Shown one piece after another: positions 15,093 to 24,210 of a stretch of 32,000 nucleotides of DNA. The stretch is from Delftia acidovorans NBRC 14950. Its GTDB lineage: Bacteria; Pseudomonadota; Gammaproteobacteria; Burkholderiales; Burkholderiaceae_C. Both the position numbers and the translations under genes were made by a program. Positions within the stretch are counted from its first letter, which is position 1. The number at the start of each line of letters is the position of its first letter. Location: positions 90,001 to 122,000 of the forward strand of contig NZ_BCZP01000012.1 in assembly GCF_001598795.1 (NCBI RefSeq), in the 5' to 3' direction. Below the pieces are notes generated by a model. That model had not been told where the DNA came from. It ran no database searches and worked only from the letters and a program-made list of their open reading frames with translations.

Positions 15093-17168
15093 TCACAACG
15101 CCAGATGCAAAGCCTCCCCCGTCCCCTGCGCAGGCACCGCACAGCAGATCAGGGCCTCGCCCGCCGGCACGGCGAAGGAGGGCGGGGATGCATAGGTCAC
15201 GCCGCCTTCCAGCACGCGAGCACGGCAGTCGCCGCAGCTGCCGCCCCGGCAGCCGAAGGCGGGTTCCAGCCCCCTGGCCTCGGCCACTTCGAGGAGGCTG
15301 CCGTCGCCGGGCTTCCAGCGCGCTTCCTTGGCCGAGTCGGCAAAGATGATGCGGACAGGCTGCGTGGCGGGTGCAGGCAGTTCGGCGGCGGGGGCTGCAC
15401 CGGCCATGGAGCGCTTCAGGGCCGAGGGACCGAAGGCTTCTGCGTGGATGCGCTCGTCGGGCACATTGCGTTCGCGCAGGCCGTCATAGGTGGCCTGCAT
15501 GAAGGCGTCCGGGCCGCAGAGGTAGAAGTCGTAGTCGTCCCAGGGCAGGGTGGCTTTCAACAGGGCCATGTCGATGTGGCCCTCATGGTCGTAGTCGCGG
15601 CCGGCCTTTGCCGTGCCGGGCTGGCTGAGCGTTCGCACCCAATGCACCTCGGCATTGCCGGCCTTCACCAGTTCGGCAATCTCCGTGTCAAAGGCCCGTT
15701 CGCTGCGCGTGCGAGCCGCCTGGAACAGCCAGGTGGGCCGCAGGCTGCGGGTGCGCCGGCCTTCGTGGACGATGTGGCGCAGCATGGCCAGCAAGGGCGT
15801 GATGCCTATGCCCGCGGCCAGCAGCACGGCGGGGCGGCGCAGGGCCGCATCGGCGGTGAAGCTGCCAGCGGGCGGGCGGGCCTCGACCAGATCGCCTGGC
15901 TTCAGGCCATGCAGATGGCTGGACGCACGGCCTTGCTTCTTGACGCTGATGCGCAAGCGCCCGTCCGAAGGCGCCAGCGACAGCGTATAGGTGCGCTGCA
16001 GATGGCTGCCGTCCGCCAGCGTGAGGCGCAGCGGCAGATGCTGGCCGGCCAGGGGGGCCACCGTGGCCATGCCATCGGCCGGCTCCAGGTAGAGCGAGCG
16101 GATGGTGGAACTCTCATCCACGGCCTGCGCCACCCGGAACGGCCGCCACTGTCGCCCCAGCCGGGCGGCGGCCAGGCGCTGGCTGGCATCGGCCCAGCTT
16201 CCGGTCATCTGCAGGTGGGGCGACCAGCCGTCGGCTGCCATGCTCCAGCGCAGCGGCAGGGCGTCGGGCCGGCGCACGATGCGGCGGGGCTTGAAGGTCC
16301 ACAGGCGCTCGGCGCCCTCGAAGGCCGCGATTTCCGGGGAGTCGAGGATGACGCTGGCCTCGCCCGTCATCTGCAGCATCTCCCCGGTTTCGGAGTCGAT
16401 GAACAGCAGGCCCGCCTTGGGATTGACCAGGAAGTTGCCCAACGTCATGAAGAACAGGTTGCCCGAGAAGTCGGGGATGGTCAGCGTTCCATCGGCGTCG
16501 ATCCGCACAAAGCCCGGCTTGCCGCCACGGTGGGAGACATCGACCTGCCGCAGGCCATCCTCCCCATCAACGTAGGACGCCACGTAGAACGTATCCGCCT
16601 GCGCAATCAGTGCCTGTGCGCGCTGGTCCAGCGATGCCAGTTCGACCGCCGGCACCTGCGTGGGCTCGTCCGCAGGCCGGACAAACCGGACGCTGCGGTT
16701 CTGGATATAGCGCGGGCAGTTGCCGAAGCTCTGGACCACGCCGATGTCGAAGGCGCCCGCCCCATCAACGCCTGTCTTGCGCCGCACCGTACCGTTGAGC
16801 CGGTTGCGCCGGCGCGTCATGGGGTCCATGCCCAGCAGGCCCACGGCATGGCCATCAGCCAGGCCCGGCTCGGCCGGGTCGGCCGCATCGCGGCCCGCTG
16901 CCACATGCAGGGTCGATGGATCGGGAGAGTGCAGGAAGCCCGGCTCGCCGGCCCGTACCGTGGCCCAGGCGTCGCCTTGCGCATCCACGCTGCCCAGCAC
17001 CACGAAATGCAGCAGCGGATAGAACTCGCGGTGCTGGTCCAGCAGGAAGGGGCGCAGGAACTTGCGGCCCGGCATGTCCATGCGGCCCACGACGCCAACG
17101 CTTTGCTGGATCGCCAGTTCGCCCGCATGCCAGGGCGAGGCAGGGTTTTGCAGGGGTTGCGGTTGCAT
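15093..17168 (-). CDS. Three-domain fusion oxidoreductase: pyridoxamine-5'-phosphate-oxidase-like FMN-binding domain, ferredoxin-NADP reductase-type FAD/NAD domain and plant-type [2Fe-2S] ferredoxin
   Basis: Track ORF 15093..17369, trimmed to the ATG at 17168 (AAGGAG Shine-Dalgarno). RTYTLS is the R-x-Y-S/T FAD motif, LLAAGIGITPLLAML is the NAD(P) motif, and the C-terminal CRGGSCGDC...ICC is the 2Fe-2S motif. Confidence 0.85.
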   Translation of the reverse strand: MQPQPLQNPASPWHAGELAIQQSVGVVGRMDMPGRKFLRPFLLDQHREFYPLLHFVVLGSVDAQGDAWATVRAGEPGFLHSPDPSTLHVAAGRDAADPAEPGLADGHAVGLLGMDPMTRRRNRLNGTVRRKTGVDGAGAFDIGVVQSFGNCPRYIQNRSVRFVRPADEPTQVPAVELASLDQRAQALIAQADTFYVASYVDGEDGLRQVDVSHRGGKPGFVRIDADGTLTIPDFSGNLFFMTLGNFLVNPKAGLLFIDSETGEMLQMTGEASVILDSPEIAAFEGAERLWTFKPRRIVRRPDALPLRWSMAADGWSPHLQMTGSWADASQRLAAARLGRQWRPFRVAQAVDESSTIRSLYLEPADGMATVAPLAGQHLPLRLTLADGSHLQRTYTLSLAPSDGRLRISVKKQGRASSHLHGLKPGDLVEARPPAGSFTADAALRRPAVLLAAGIGITPLLAMLRHIVHEGRRTRSLRPTWLFQAARTRSERAFDTEIAELVKAGNAEVHWVRTLSQPGTAKAGRDYDHEGHIDMALLKATLPWDDYDFYLCGPDAFMQATYDGLRERNVPDERIHAEAFGPSALKRSMAGAAPAAELPAPATQPVRIIFADSAKEARWKPGDGSLLEVAEARGLEPAFGCRGGSCGDCRARVLEGGVTYASPPSFAVPAGEALICCAVPAQGTGEALHLAL

Positions 17169-17214
17169 GGTGCGCTCCTTTGCCGGGGGTTCAGGGGAGG
17201 TGTGGCTCAGGCAC

Positions 17215-17826
17215 TCAGGCCCGCAGGCCGGCCGGTGTCTGGGCGAATGCCACGAAGCCCGGCAGCGCCTCGATGCGGCCCAGCCAGGCGCGCACTTCGC
17301 GGTAGGGCTGCAGGTCCACATTGCCCTCGGGCGCGCTGGCGATGTAGCTGTACAGGGCCACGTCGGCAATCGTGGGCGTAGCGCCGGTGAGGAAGGGGCG
17401 GGTGGTCAATTGCGCCTCGATCTTGCCGAGGATGGCGTGGGCGCGGGCTATCACTTCCTCGGCCTGGAAGGGGGCCTTGAACACCGTGACCAGCCGGGCC
17501 GCCGCCGGGCCGAAGGCGATAGGGCCGGCGGCGATGCTCAGCCATTTCTGGATCTCGGCCTCGGCCTGTGCGCCCAGGGGCATCCAGTCCTGGCGGTCCA
17601 GCTTGCGCGCCAGGTAGACCAGGATGGCGTTGGAGTCGGCAATCACCGTGCCGTTGTCGTCCAGCACCGGCACCTGGCCCAGTGGGTTCAGCGCCAGGAA
17701 TTCGGGCTTCTTCTGCGCGCCGTTGGCCAGGTCCACATGGACCAGCTCATGCTCCACGCCCAGCAGGCCGAGGAAAAGGCGGGCGCGATGGGCGTGGCCG
17801 GACAGGGGAAAGTGGTAGAGCTTCAT
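17215..17826 (-). CDS. Glutathione S-transferase, 203 aa
   Basis: Track ORF 17215..18363, trimmed to the ATG at 17826 (AAGGAA Shine-Dalgarno). The sequence begins [24 protein letters not shown]...[10 protein letters not shown]. Confidence 0.88.
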   Translation of the reverse strand: MKLYHFPLSGHAHRARLFLGLLGVEHELVHVDLANGAQKKPEFLALNPLGQVPVLDDNGTVIADSNAILVYLARKLDRQDWMPLGAQAEAEIQKWLSIAAGPIAFGPAAARLVTVFKAPFQAEEVIARAHAILGKIEAQLTTRPFLTGATPTIADVALYSYIASAPEGNVDLQPYREVRAWLGRIEALPGFVAFAQTPAGLRA

Positions 17827-18027
17827 TGCGGTTCCTTGGGGTTGGTGAAGGCGCCGGTTGTCGGCGCCACGGGACGTATCCTCCTTCTCCGCCCGCATCT
17901 TTAGAATCCCTGGCGGCGGCAAGTCACTCTTGCGGGAACGCGAACAAAGCGCCGGCGAAAACCTGGGCAGTCCTGCGCGGGCCGCTCGCAGCCGGGCAGA
18001 AATACGACACAGACAAGGCAGGCACAG

Positions 18028-18927
18028 ATGGATCGCTTCCAGTCCATGACGGCATTTCTCGCGGTGGTGGACATGGGCGGCTTCGCCTCGGCCGCACGGC
18101 GGCTCAAGGTCTCGCCCTCGGTGGTGACGCGGGCCGTCTCCGACCTGGAGGAGCGCCTGGGCGTGCGCCTGCTCACGCGCACCACGCGCTTCGTGCGCGT
18201 GACCGAGGCCGGCACCGCTTATGCGGACAGCTGCCGCCGCATCCTGGCCGAGCTGGAAGAGGCCGACGAGCATGCCGCCAGCGCCCATGCCGCACTGCGC
18301 GGCCGGCTCACGCTCACGGCGCCGGTCAACTTCGGGCGCATGCACGTGCTGCCCGTGGTGCACGACTACCTGGGCCGGTTTCCCGAGGTGGACGTCAACT
18401 GCTGGTTTGTGGACCGCGTGGTCAGCCTGGTGGACGAGGGCGTGGACGTGGCCGTGCGCATCGGCGATCTGCCCGACTCCTCGCTGCAGGCCATCCGCGT
18501 GGGCAGCGTGCGACAGGTGCTATGCGCCTCGCCCGCATACCTGGCCAGCCACGGCGTGCCCCAGCGGCCCGAGGAGCTAGCGCAGCACACCACCATCACC
18601 GCATCCGGCCTCACCTCCACACCCGAATGGCGGTTTCTCGAAGGCGACAAGGCCCTGGCCGTGCGCCTGCAGCCGCGCCTCATGTCCATGACCAACGAGG
18701 CTGCGGCAGACTGCGCCCTGGCCGGGCAGGGCATCACGCGCCTGCCGCTCTACCAGATCGCCAAGCCCGTGCAGGACGGCGCACTGCGCCTGGTGCTGGA
18801 GCCCTTCGAGCGGCCACCGCTGCCGATTCATGTGGTGCACAGGGAAGGGCGGCACGCCGCGCATCGCGTGCGGGCGTTCATCGACATGGCGGTGGATGCG
18901 CTGAGGGTGGCGGCGTTGAGGTGGTAG
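18028..18927 (+). CDS. LysR-family transcriptional regulator, divergent from the GST gene
   Basis: N-terminal HTH: [54 protein letters not shown]. Confidence 0.92.
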   Translation: MDRFQSMTAFLAVVDMGGFASAARRLKVSPSVVTRAVSDLEERLGVRLLTRTTRFVRVTEAGTAYADSCRRILAELEEADEHAASAHAALRGRLTLTAPVNFGRMHVLPVVHDYLGRFPEVDVNCWFVDRVVSLVDEGVDVAVRIGDLPDSSLQAIRVGSVRQVLCASPAYLASHGVPQRPEELAQHTTITASGLTSTPEWRFLEGDKALAVRLQPRLMSMTNEAAADCALAGQGITRLPLYQIAKPVQDGALRLVLEPFERPPLPIHVVHREGRHAAHRVRAFIDMAVDALRVAALRW

Positions 18928-19093
18928 CGGCCAGTGCCTGGAAGCCATCTCCCGCGCATTGCAAACCATGTGCACCAGCGCCGAATCGCTGGATTGCGGC
19001 TTTGTCGATCAGGCCGAGGTCAGGCGCAGGGAGGCTGCGCAGGTGGCTCGGGAAATGACTTTGGGATTGGGCGCGTAGGCGGGCATGGCGTTT

Positions 19094-19900
19094 CTATTGG
19101 GAGAATCGGGTTGTTTCTCCTTGAAATAGATAGGCAAATGCCATTTCGTCGGAAGGCGGATTCTTCAAATTGAAGCGAGTGACATTCAGAACACCGTGCC
19201 AGCCCGCTGGATGTGAATAGCCATCAATCGCCGTCAATCCGACGGTCTGCCATTTTCCATGGTTGTGGAATTCGCCTTTCCCGTTGCGAACATGCCAGTT
19301 GACCTCTCTAACGCGCAGGCACTCGCTGCCCTTGGCTGTGCTGTCCTTGCATGGCACATGTTGCGCTTCGACTTCCAGAAGAATCGGCTGGCCCTCACTT
19401 CCGTACTTCGTTTTTGGTGTGGGTTCGCCTTTCAGTTCCCAGCGGCTACCATCGGCAAAGCGTAGTTGCAGATGGGGCGGTGCGTCGGCGATTGCCGTTG
19501 TCAATGTGTAGTGAAATTTCCTTGACAGCAAGTCACTTGCCCATTTTTGGAGCTCCATCAATGGCTCGGGACACCCGGCCATCGTGTAGATTCCGGGCTT
19601 GATCTGGAGGCTTGCATCGGCATCCATCTCATATTTCCAGGTCATGAAATTGCATATCTGTGTGCCGAAATCTCCATCTTTGGAGAACCAGAGCTTTATT
19701 GAGGGGCTGTCTGGTGTTTTCCAATTCTTTTTCTCTTTGCCTACGGCATCGAAAGCCTGCTGCAGGTTCCACTCGTAGGCAGATAAATACTCCGCGTCCT
19801 TGTTTTGATGCGGTAGCGCACTTTGGCTGGCAATGTGTTCCATGCCGTGGCTTGCAGTGGACAAAAGTATGGCTGCCATGAATTGAAGAAAAGCTTTCAA
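19094..19900 (-). CDS. Secreted protein with a META (HslJ-like) domain and a DUF4377-like C-terminal domain
   Basis: TTG start at 19900 with a GAGGG Shine-Dalgarno 6 nt upstream. The signal peptide is MKAFLQFMAAILLSTASHG. The META-like pattern is ICNFMTWKYEM...YTMAGCPEPLMELQKW. The C-terminal pattern is C..GSECLRVREVNW...IDGYSHPAGWHGVLNV. Domain names come from memory of family patterns. GC is lower than in the flanks. Confidence 0.6.
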   Translation of the reverse strand: MKAFLQFMAAILLSTASHGMEHIASQSALPHQNKDAEYLSAYEWNLQQAFDAVGKEKKNWKTPDSPSIKLWFSKDGDFGTQICNFMTWKYEMDADASLQIKPGIYTMAGCPEPLMELQKWASDLLSRKFHYTLTTAIADAPPHLQLRFADGSRWELKGEPTPKTKYGSEGQPILLEVEAQHVPCKDSTAKGSECLRVREVNWHVRNGKGEFHNHGKWQTVGLTAIDGYSHPAGWHGVLNVTRFNLKNPPSDEMAFAYLFQGETTRFSQ

Positions 19901-19933
19901 TTGAAGCCCTCAAGGTGGTGACCAGAGAACCCG

Positions 19934-20185
19934 CTATCGCAGGGAAGATGCCTCGACCCAGATCGTCTGCCCCGGATGGTGTTCCTCAATGGTGGACACG
20001 GCATCGTCGATCAAAACGCGGTCCTCCAGCGAGTAGGCAAAGCGGCTGAGGTTGGGCCATTGTCGGGCGGCGTAGTCGGCCTCGGAAATCGCGTCGCTGC
20101 CGCACCAGGTGGCGTCGTTTTCGGTGGCGGCGCGAAGTGCCTGTGCCAAGCCGGTAGATGTGATCGCCAGGAAGATCATGGGCAT
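19934..20185 (-). CDS. Small hypothetical protein (83 aa)
   Basis: Track ORF with an ATG start and protein-like composition. It lies 33 nt upstream of, and co-oriented with, the META-domain gene. No clear Shine-Dalgarno sequence. Confidence 0.45.
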   Translation of the reverse strand: MPMIFLAITSTGLAQALRAATENDATWCGSDAISEADYAARQWPNLSRFAYSLEDRVLIDDAVSTIEEHHPGQTIWVEASSLR

Positions 20186-20259
20186 GTGGTCCGGATGTTG
20201 ATAGGGGACAGTTTGCCTTCGATGGCCCGGCGGCCGGGCCGGCCTGGATCAAACAAAAC

Positions 20260-20278
20260 TAGAATGATAGTCATTCTC
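20260..20278. promoter_or_regulatory. Fur box
   Basis: TAGAATGATAGTCATTCTC matches the 19-bp Fur consensus GATAATGATAATCATTATC at 15 of 19 positions; the core AATGATAGTCATT matches at 12 of 13. It overlaps a TAGAAT -10-like hexamer and lies 29 nt upstream of the sigma/FecR hybrid ATG. Confidence 0.7.
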
Positions 20279-20306
20279 GTTGTCGATTCCTCACCTCCCC
20301 CCGGCC

Positions 20307-21641
20307 ATGCCCACCCCTTCCGCCTCCTGGACCGCTGCGCGCTGGCACCAGCTTTTCTGTGCCTGCCAGCAGCAACTGGTGTCCTATCTGGCCGGCAAGA
20401 CCGGCAGCCGTGATGAGGCGCAGGAACTGGCCCAGGAAACCTGGCTGCGCCTGGCCGATGCGCCGCCGCAACTGCCCGATGGCAGCTCGCCCACGCTCGA
20501 AGCCGCGCGGGCCTACCTGTTTGCAACGGCCAAGCATCTGGCGATAGACAGGCTGCGCCAGCGCGGTGCGCAGCAGCGCTGCATGGACGACTGGGCGCAA
20601 TTGCAGCCCGGGGCCGAAGGCGATGTGGCCGACCGCGCCATGTACCGCCAAGCGCTGGCCGTGGTGGAGCGCACGATTGCCGGCCTGCCCGAGCGCATGC
20701 AGGCCGCCTTGCTGGCACACCGCCTGCATGGCGAGCGGCAGGCCGACATCGCCCGGCGTCTGCAGGTCTCCCTGAACACCGTGGAGCGCGACCTGATGCA
20801 GGCCGATGCCTGCCTGGAAGCCGCCTTGCTGCGCTGGCGCGGCGGGGTGGAGGCGGGCTTGCAGGCCTCTTCCAGAAAGCGGCGGCGGCGTGCCCTGGGT
20901 GCGCTGCTGGGCGTGGCCGGCATGGCCTGCACGGCCTGGCCCGCCTGGCAGATGTGGAGCCGCCGCGTGCTGTGGCAAGGTGAACTGGCCAGCGCCACGG
21001 GCGTGCAGCGCAGCCTGGAATTGCCCGATGGCAGCGTACTGCGCGTGGACGCCGCCAGCCGCGTGGCGCTGACCTACCGTGCCCACCTGCGACAGGCACG
21101 GCTGCTGGAAGGCGCCGCCTTCTTTGCCGTGGCCCGCGATGCGGCACGGCCCTTTGTGGTGGAGGCCGGCCCCCTGCGCGTGACCGTGCTGGGCACGCGC
21201 TTTGGTGTGGAACTGGAGCCCGATGCGGTGCGGGTGCAGGTGGAGTCGGGCCAGGTGCGGGTGGAGCATGCGGCCACCGGACGCAGCCAGTTGCTGCAGG
21301 ACAGCCAGTCGCTGCGCATTCCCCTGGACGGCGGCGAAGGAGATGCCGATGGCGCTGCATGGCAACCGCAGCTCCAGCAACGGCCTGCGGCCTGGCGCGA
21401 GGGCGAACTGGTCTTCGAACAGGAACCGCTGGGCCGCGTCGTCCACCGGCTGGGCCGCTACACGCGGCGCCGCCTGGTGATGGAGGAGGGCGCGGCGCAA
21501 CTGGCCATCAGCGGCCATGTGCGCATTGCCCAGACCGAGCGATGGTTGCGCGGGCTGCCGCAGTTCGCCCCGGTGCAGGTCAGCGTGCTGGACGACGGCG
21601 GCCTGCGGATTGCGCGGCGCGGCGGGCGCGCGGAGCCGTGA
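20307..21641 (+). CDS. Single-polypeptide ECF sigma factor (FecI-type) fused to a FecR-type transmembrane sensor (IutY-like sigma/anti-sigma hybrid)
   Basis: Track ORF 20280..21641 (TTG), trimmed to the ATG at 20307. Sigma region 2 is EAQELAQETWLRL and the region 4 HTH is QADIARRLQVSLNTVERDL. An Arg-rich stop-transfer (SSRKRRRRA), a TM segment (LGALLGVAGMACTAWPAW) and a FecR domain follow (LELPDGSVLRVDAASRV...LLEGAAFFAVARDAARPFVVEAG.LRVTVLGTRFGV). All lie in one uninterrupted frame. Confidence 0.8.
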   Translation: MPTPSASWTAARWHQLFCACQQQLVSYLAGKTGSRDEAQELAQETWLRLADAPPQLPDGSSPTLEAARAYLFATAKHLAIDRLRQRGAQQRCMDDWAQLQPGAEGDVADRAMYRQALAVVERTIAGLPERMQAALLAHRLHGERQADIARRLQVSLNTVERDLMQADACLEAALLRWRGGVEAGLQASSRKRRRRALGALLGVAGMACTAWPAWQMWSRRVLWQGELASATGVQRSLELPDGSVLRVDAASRVALTYRAHLRQARLLEGAAFFAVARDAARPFVVEAGPLRVTVLGTRFGVELEPDAVRVQVESGQVRVEHAATGRSQLLQDSQSLRIPLDGGEGDADGAAWQPQLQQRPAAWREGELVFEQEPLGRVVHRLGRYTRRRLVMEEGAAQLAISGHVRIAQTERWLRGLPQFAPVQVSVLDDGGLRIARRGGRAEP

Positions 21642-21746
21642 AGTTTTTTTCAGGGTTTTTGGGAGTGACTCGTATTTGCATATGAAAGGCCGGGCGCCCT
21701 GCCTGTGCCGGCGATTCGCAATGAGCCTGTCTTCCAGAAAGTCCTT

Positions 21747-24167
21747 ATGTCCGCTCCCAAGTCCTCCCGATTCCGCCTCCGTCTCCGCCGCACAGCGGTT
21801 TTTCATGCATGTGCAGGCCTGGTGCTGGGCCTGCAACTGCAGTTGGCCGCCGCGCAATCGGTGTCCTTCGACGTGCCGGCCCAGCCGCTGGCCCAGGCGC
21901 TGAGCCAGTTTGCGCGCCAGGCGGGGCTGCAGCTCACCTACTCCTCCGAACTGGTGCAGGGCCGGCAGGCCCCGGCGCTCAACGGCAGCCACGATGTGCG
22001 CCAGGGCCTGGCGGCATTGCTGCAGGGCAGCGGCCTGCAGGGGCGCATCGAGGGCGGCACGCTGACCCTGCTTCCCGCTGCGGCCCATGCGCCCGACAAC
22101 CTGCCGGAGAACGCGCACCGCCTGTCCGAGATCACCGTGACGGCCGGCGACCAGTATGTGAGCCTGCTGCCCGCACCCTACGCCGGCGGGCAGGTGGCCA
22201 AGGGCGTGCGCCTGGGCGTGCTGGGCAATACCGGCAACATGCAGGCGCCGTTCAGCACCACCAGCTACACGTCCGAGGCCGTGCGCAACCAGCAGGCCGG
22301 CACCATTGCCGAGGCGGTGAACCGCGACCCTTCCGTGCGCTACACCGTGCTGCCGGGCGGCAACGTGGACAACCTCTATATCCGGGGCTTTCCGATCTGG
22401 GAAGGCAACTCGGGCGAGATCGCCTTTGACGGCATCTACGGCATTGCCCCCAACTACCGCGTGCGCACCGAGTACGTGGACCGCATCGAGGTGGTCAAGG
22501 GGCCGGGCGCGCTGCTGTTCGGCATGTCGCCCAACGGCTCGGTGGGCGGGGTGATCAACATCGCGCCCAAGCGCGCCAATGAAGATGTGGCGCGGCTGAC
22601 CACGGGCTGGACTTCGGACAGCCTCTGGCGTGCCCACGCCGACGTGGGCCGGCGCTTTGGCGACGAGGCCCAGTACGGCATCCGCGTGAATGCCAGCAAG
22701 TACGGCGGCGATACGTCCATGGACCATCAAAGCACCGATGGCCATGTGCTGGCCGTGGCGCTGGACTACGAGGTGGAGCGCTTCCGTGCCACGCTGGACC
22801 TGCTCTCGCAGGACGAGCGCATCGACGGCGTGGGCCGGCCCATCATGCCCACGGGGCTCACCTCCATGCCCGCCGCGCCGGATGGCCGGCGCAACGTGAC
22901 CCAGCCCTGGGAATGGTCCAAGAATCGCGAGCGCGCCGTGCTGCTGCGCACCGAACTGGACCTCACGCAGCAGCTCACGCTGTTCGCCAACATCGGCCAG
23001 TCGCGCGCCGATGTGGACCGCATCTACGACTCGGCCCCGCGCCTGACCAGTGCGGCAGGCGCCACCAGCATCACGCCCACCTACGCGGTGTTCGACGTGG
23101 ACCGCAGCACCATCGACGCGGGCCTGCGCTCGCGCTTTGCGCTGGCCGGTGTCAAGCATTCGGTCACGCTGCAGCTGGCCAGCTACCGCGAGGATTTTCA
23201 CCGCGCGCTGCAGGCGGGCTCCACCGTGGTGTCCAACATCTATGCGCCCATTGCCCACGCGCCGCAGAGCATTGCGCGGCCTTCGGCCATTCCGCGCATC
23301 CACGACAACCGCAACACCAGCCTGGCGCTGGTGGACACGCTCTCGCTGCTGCAGGACAGGCTGCAACTGTCGCTGGGCCTGCGCCACCAGGCCATCAAGT
23401 CCACCAACTACAACGTGCTCACGGGCGGCGCCGCCAATGTCTACGACGAGCGCGTGACCACGCCGGCCGTGGGCGTGGTCTGGCGCCAGGCGCCGAACTG
23501 GAGCCTCTACGCCAACTACATCGAAGGCCTGAGCAAGGGCGACATCGCGCCGCCTGCGGCCAGCAACTACGGCGAGGTGCTGCGCCCCTACAAGAGCCGC
23601 CAGTACGAAGTGGGCAGCAAGTACGACTTCGGCAGCTTCATGGCCACGGCCGCCCTGTTCAGCATTGAAAAACCCAGCGGCGGCCTGGACCAGGGCGTCT
23701 ACAAGACCAATGGCGAGCAGCGCAACCTGGGCATGGAGCTGTATGCCTACGGCGAGGCCGCGCGCGGCCTGCGCCTGCTCGGTGGCGTGACCTGGCTCAA
23801 GCCCGAGATCACGCGCTCGGCCACGCCTGCGCTGGTGGGCAACCGGCCCATCGGCACCTCGCGCCTGCTGGCCAACCTGGGCGTGGAATGGGATGTGCCC
23901 GCTCTTGAGGGCCTGACCCTGGTCGGCGACCTGGCCTACACCGGCGCCCAGTTTGTGGACCAGGCCAACCGCCTGCGCATCCCGGGCTGGACACGCACCG
24001 ACCTGGGCCTGCGCTATGCCACCCGCATCGCAGGCCGCAAGACCACGCTGCGCGCCACGGTGCAGAACGTGGCCGACCGCAAGGCCTGGGCCGGTGTCAC
24101 GTCCTGGGGCGCGGTCTCGCCGATGATTCCGCGCACCTTCGTGGTGTCGGCTTCGGTGGATTTCTGA
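21747..24167 (+). CDS. TonB-dependent siderophore receptor/transducer with an N-terminal signalling (STN) domain
   Basis: Track ORF 21705..24167 (GTG), trimmed to the ATG at 21747. The signal peptide ends in AAAQS. The STN-like segment is FDVPAQPLAQALSQFARQAGLQLTYSSELVQGRQAPALNG. Plug and barrel motifs are present, and the protein ends in the aromatic terminus SASVDF. Confidence 0.9.
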   Translation: MSAPKSSRFRLRLRRTAVFHACAGLVLGLQLQLAAAQSVSFDVPAQPLAQALSQFARQAGLQLTYSSELVQGRQAPALNGSHDVRQGLAALLQGSGLQGRIEGGTLTLLPAAAHAPDNLPENAHRLSEITVTAGDQYVSLLPAPYAGGQVAKGVRLGVLGNTGNMQAPFSTTSYTSEAVRNQQAGTIAEAVNRDPSVRYTVLPGGNVDNLYIRGFPIWEGNSGEIAFDGIYGIAPNYRVRTEYVDRIEVVKGPGALLFGMSPNGSVGGVINIAPKRANEDVARLTTGWTSDSLWRAHADVGRRFGDEAQYGIRVNASKYGGDTSMDHQSTDGHVLAVALDYEVERFRATLDLLSQDERIDGVGRPIMPTGLTSMPAAPDGRRNVTQPWEWSKNRERAVLLRTELDLTQQLTLFANIGQSRADVDRIYDSAPRLTSAAGATSITPTYAVFDVDRSTIDAGLRSRFALAGVKHSVTLQLASYREDFHRALQAGSTVVSNIYAPIAHAPQSIARPSAIPRIHDNRNTSLALVDTLSLLQDRLQLSLGLRHQAIKSTNYNVLTGGAANVYDERVTTPAVGVVWRQAPNWSLYANYIEGLSKGDIAPPAASNYGEVLRPYKSRQYEVGSKYDFGSFMATAALFSIEKPSGGLDQGVYKTNGEQRNLGMELYAYGEAARGLRLLGGVTWLKPEITRSATPALVGNRPIGTSRLLANLGVEWDVPALEGLTLVGDLAYTGAQFVDQANRLRIPGWTRTDLGLRYATRIAGRKTTLRATVQNVADRKAWAGVTSWGAVSPMIPRTFVVSASVDF

Positions 24168-24210
24168 GGTCGGCGCGGTGGCTGGGCGGGCCGCGCTCTA
24201 TGCTTGAGGC

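Noticed and set aside
14148-17381. 1077-aa plus-strand ORF
   Set aside because: It is antisense to the secreted protein, the PNPOx-FNR-Fdx fusion and part of the GST gene. Its composition is Arg/Gly/Ala/His-rich shadow sequence.
2191-18363. N-terminal extensions of several track ORFs (2191..3549, 4096.., 4999.., 8427.., 15093..17369, 17215..18363)
   Set aside because: The extensions are Arg/Pro-rich or start at non-ATG codons without a Shine-Dalgarno sequence. In each case an internal ATG, preceded by a good Shine-Dalgarno sequence, coincides with the start of family homology.
17568-19058. 496-aa plus-strand ORF overlapping the GST and LysR genes
   Set aside because: It lies in a different frame from the LysR gene. 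It is Arg/Pro/Gly/Ala-rich with no motifs.
21642-21746. ECF (FecI-type) promoter upstream of the TonB-dependent transducer
   Set aside because: One is expected on biological grounds. I could not identify a convincing -35/-10 pair by eye in this 105-nt spacer, so no coordinates are claimed.
20271-23387. 1038-aa minus-strand ORF, and 20176..21360 (394 aa)
   Set aside because: They are antisense to the sigma/FecR hybrid and the TonB-dependent receptor, both of which have strong domain signatures. These are shadow ORFs.
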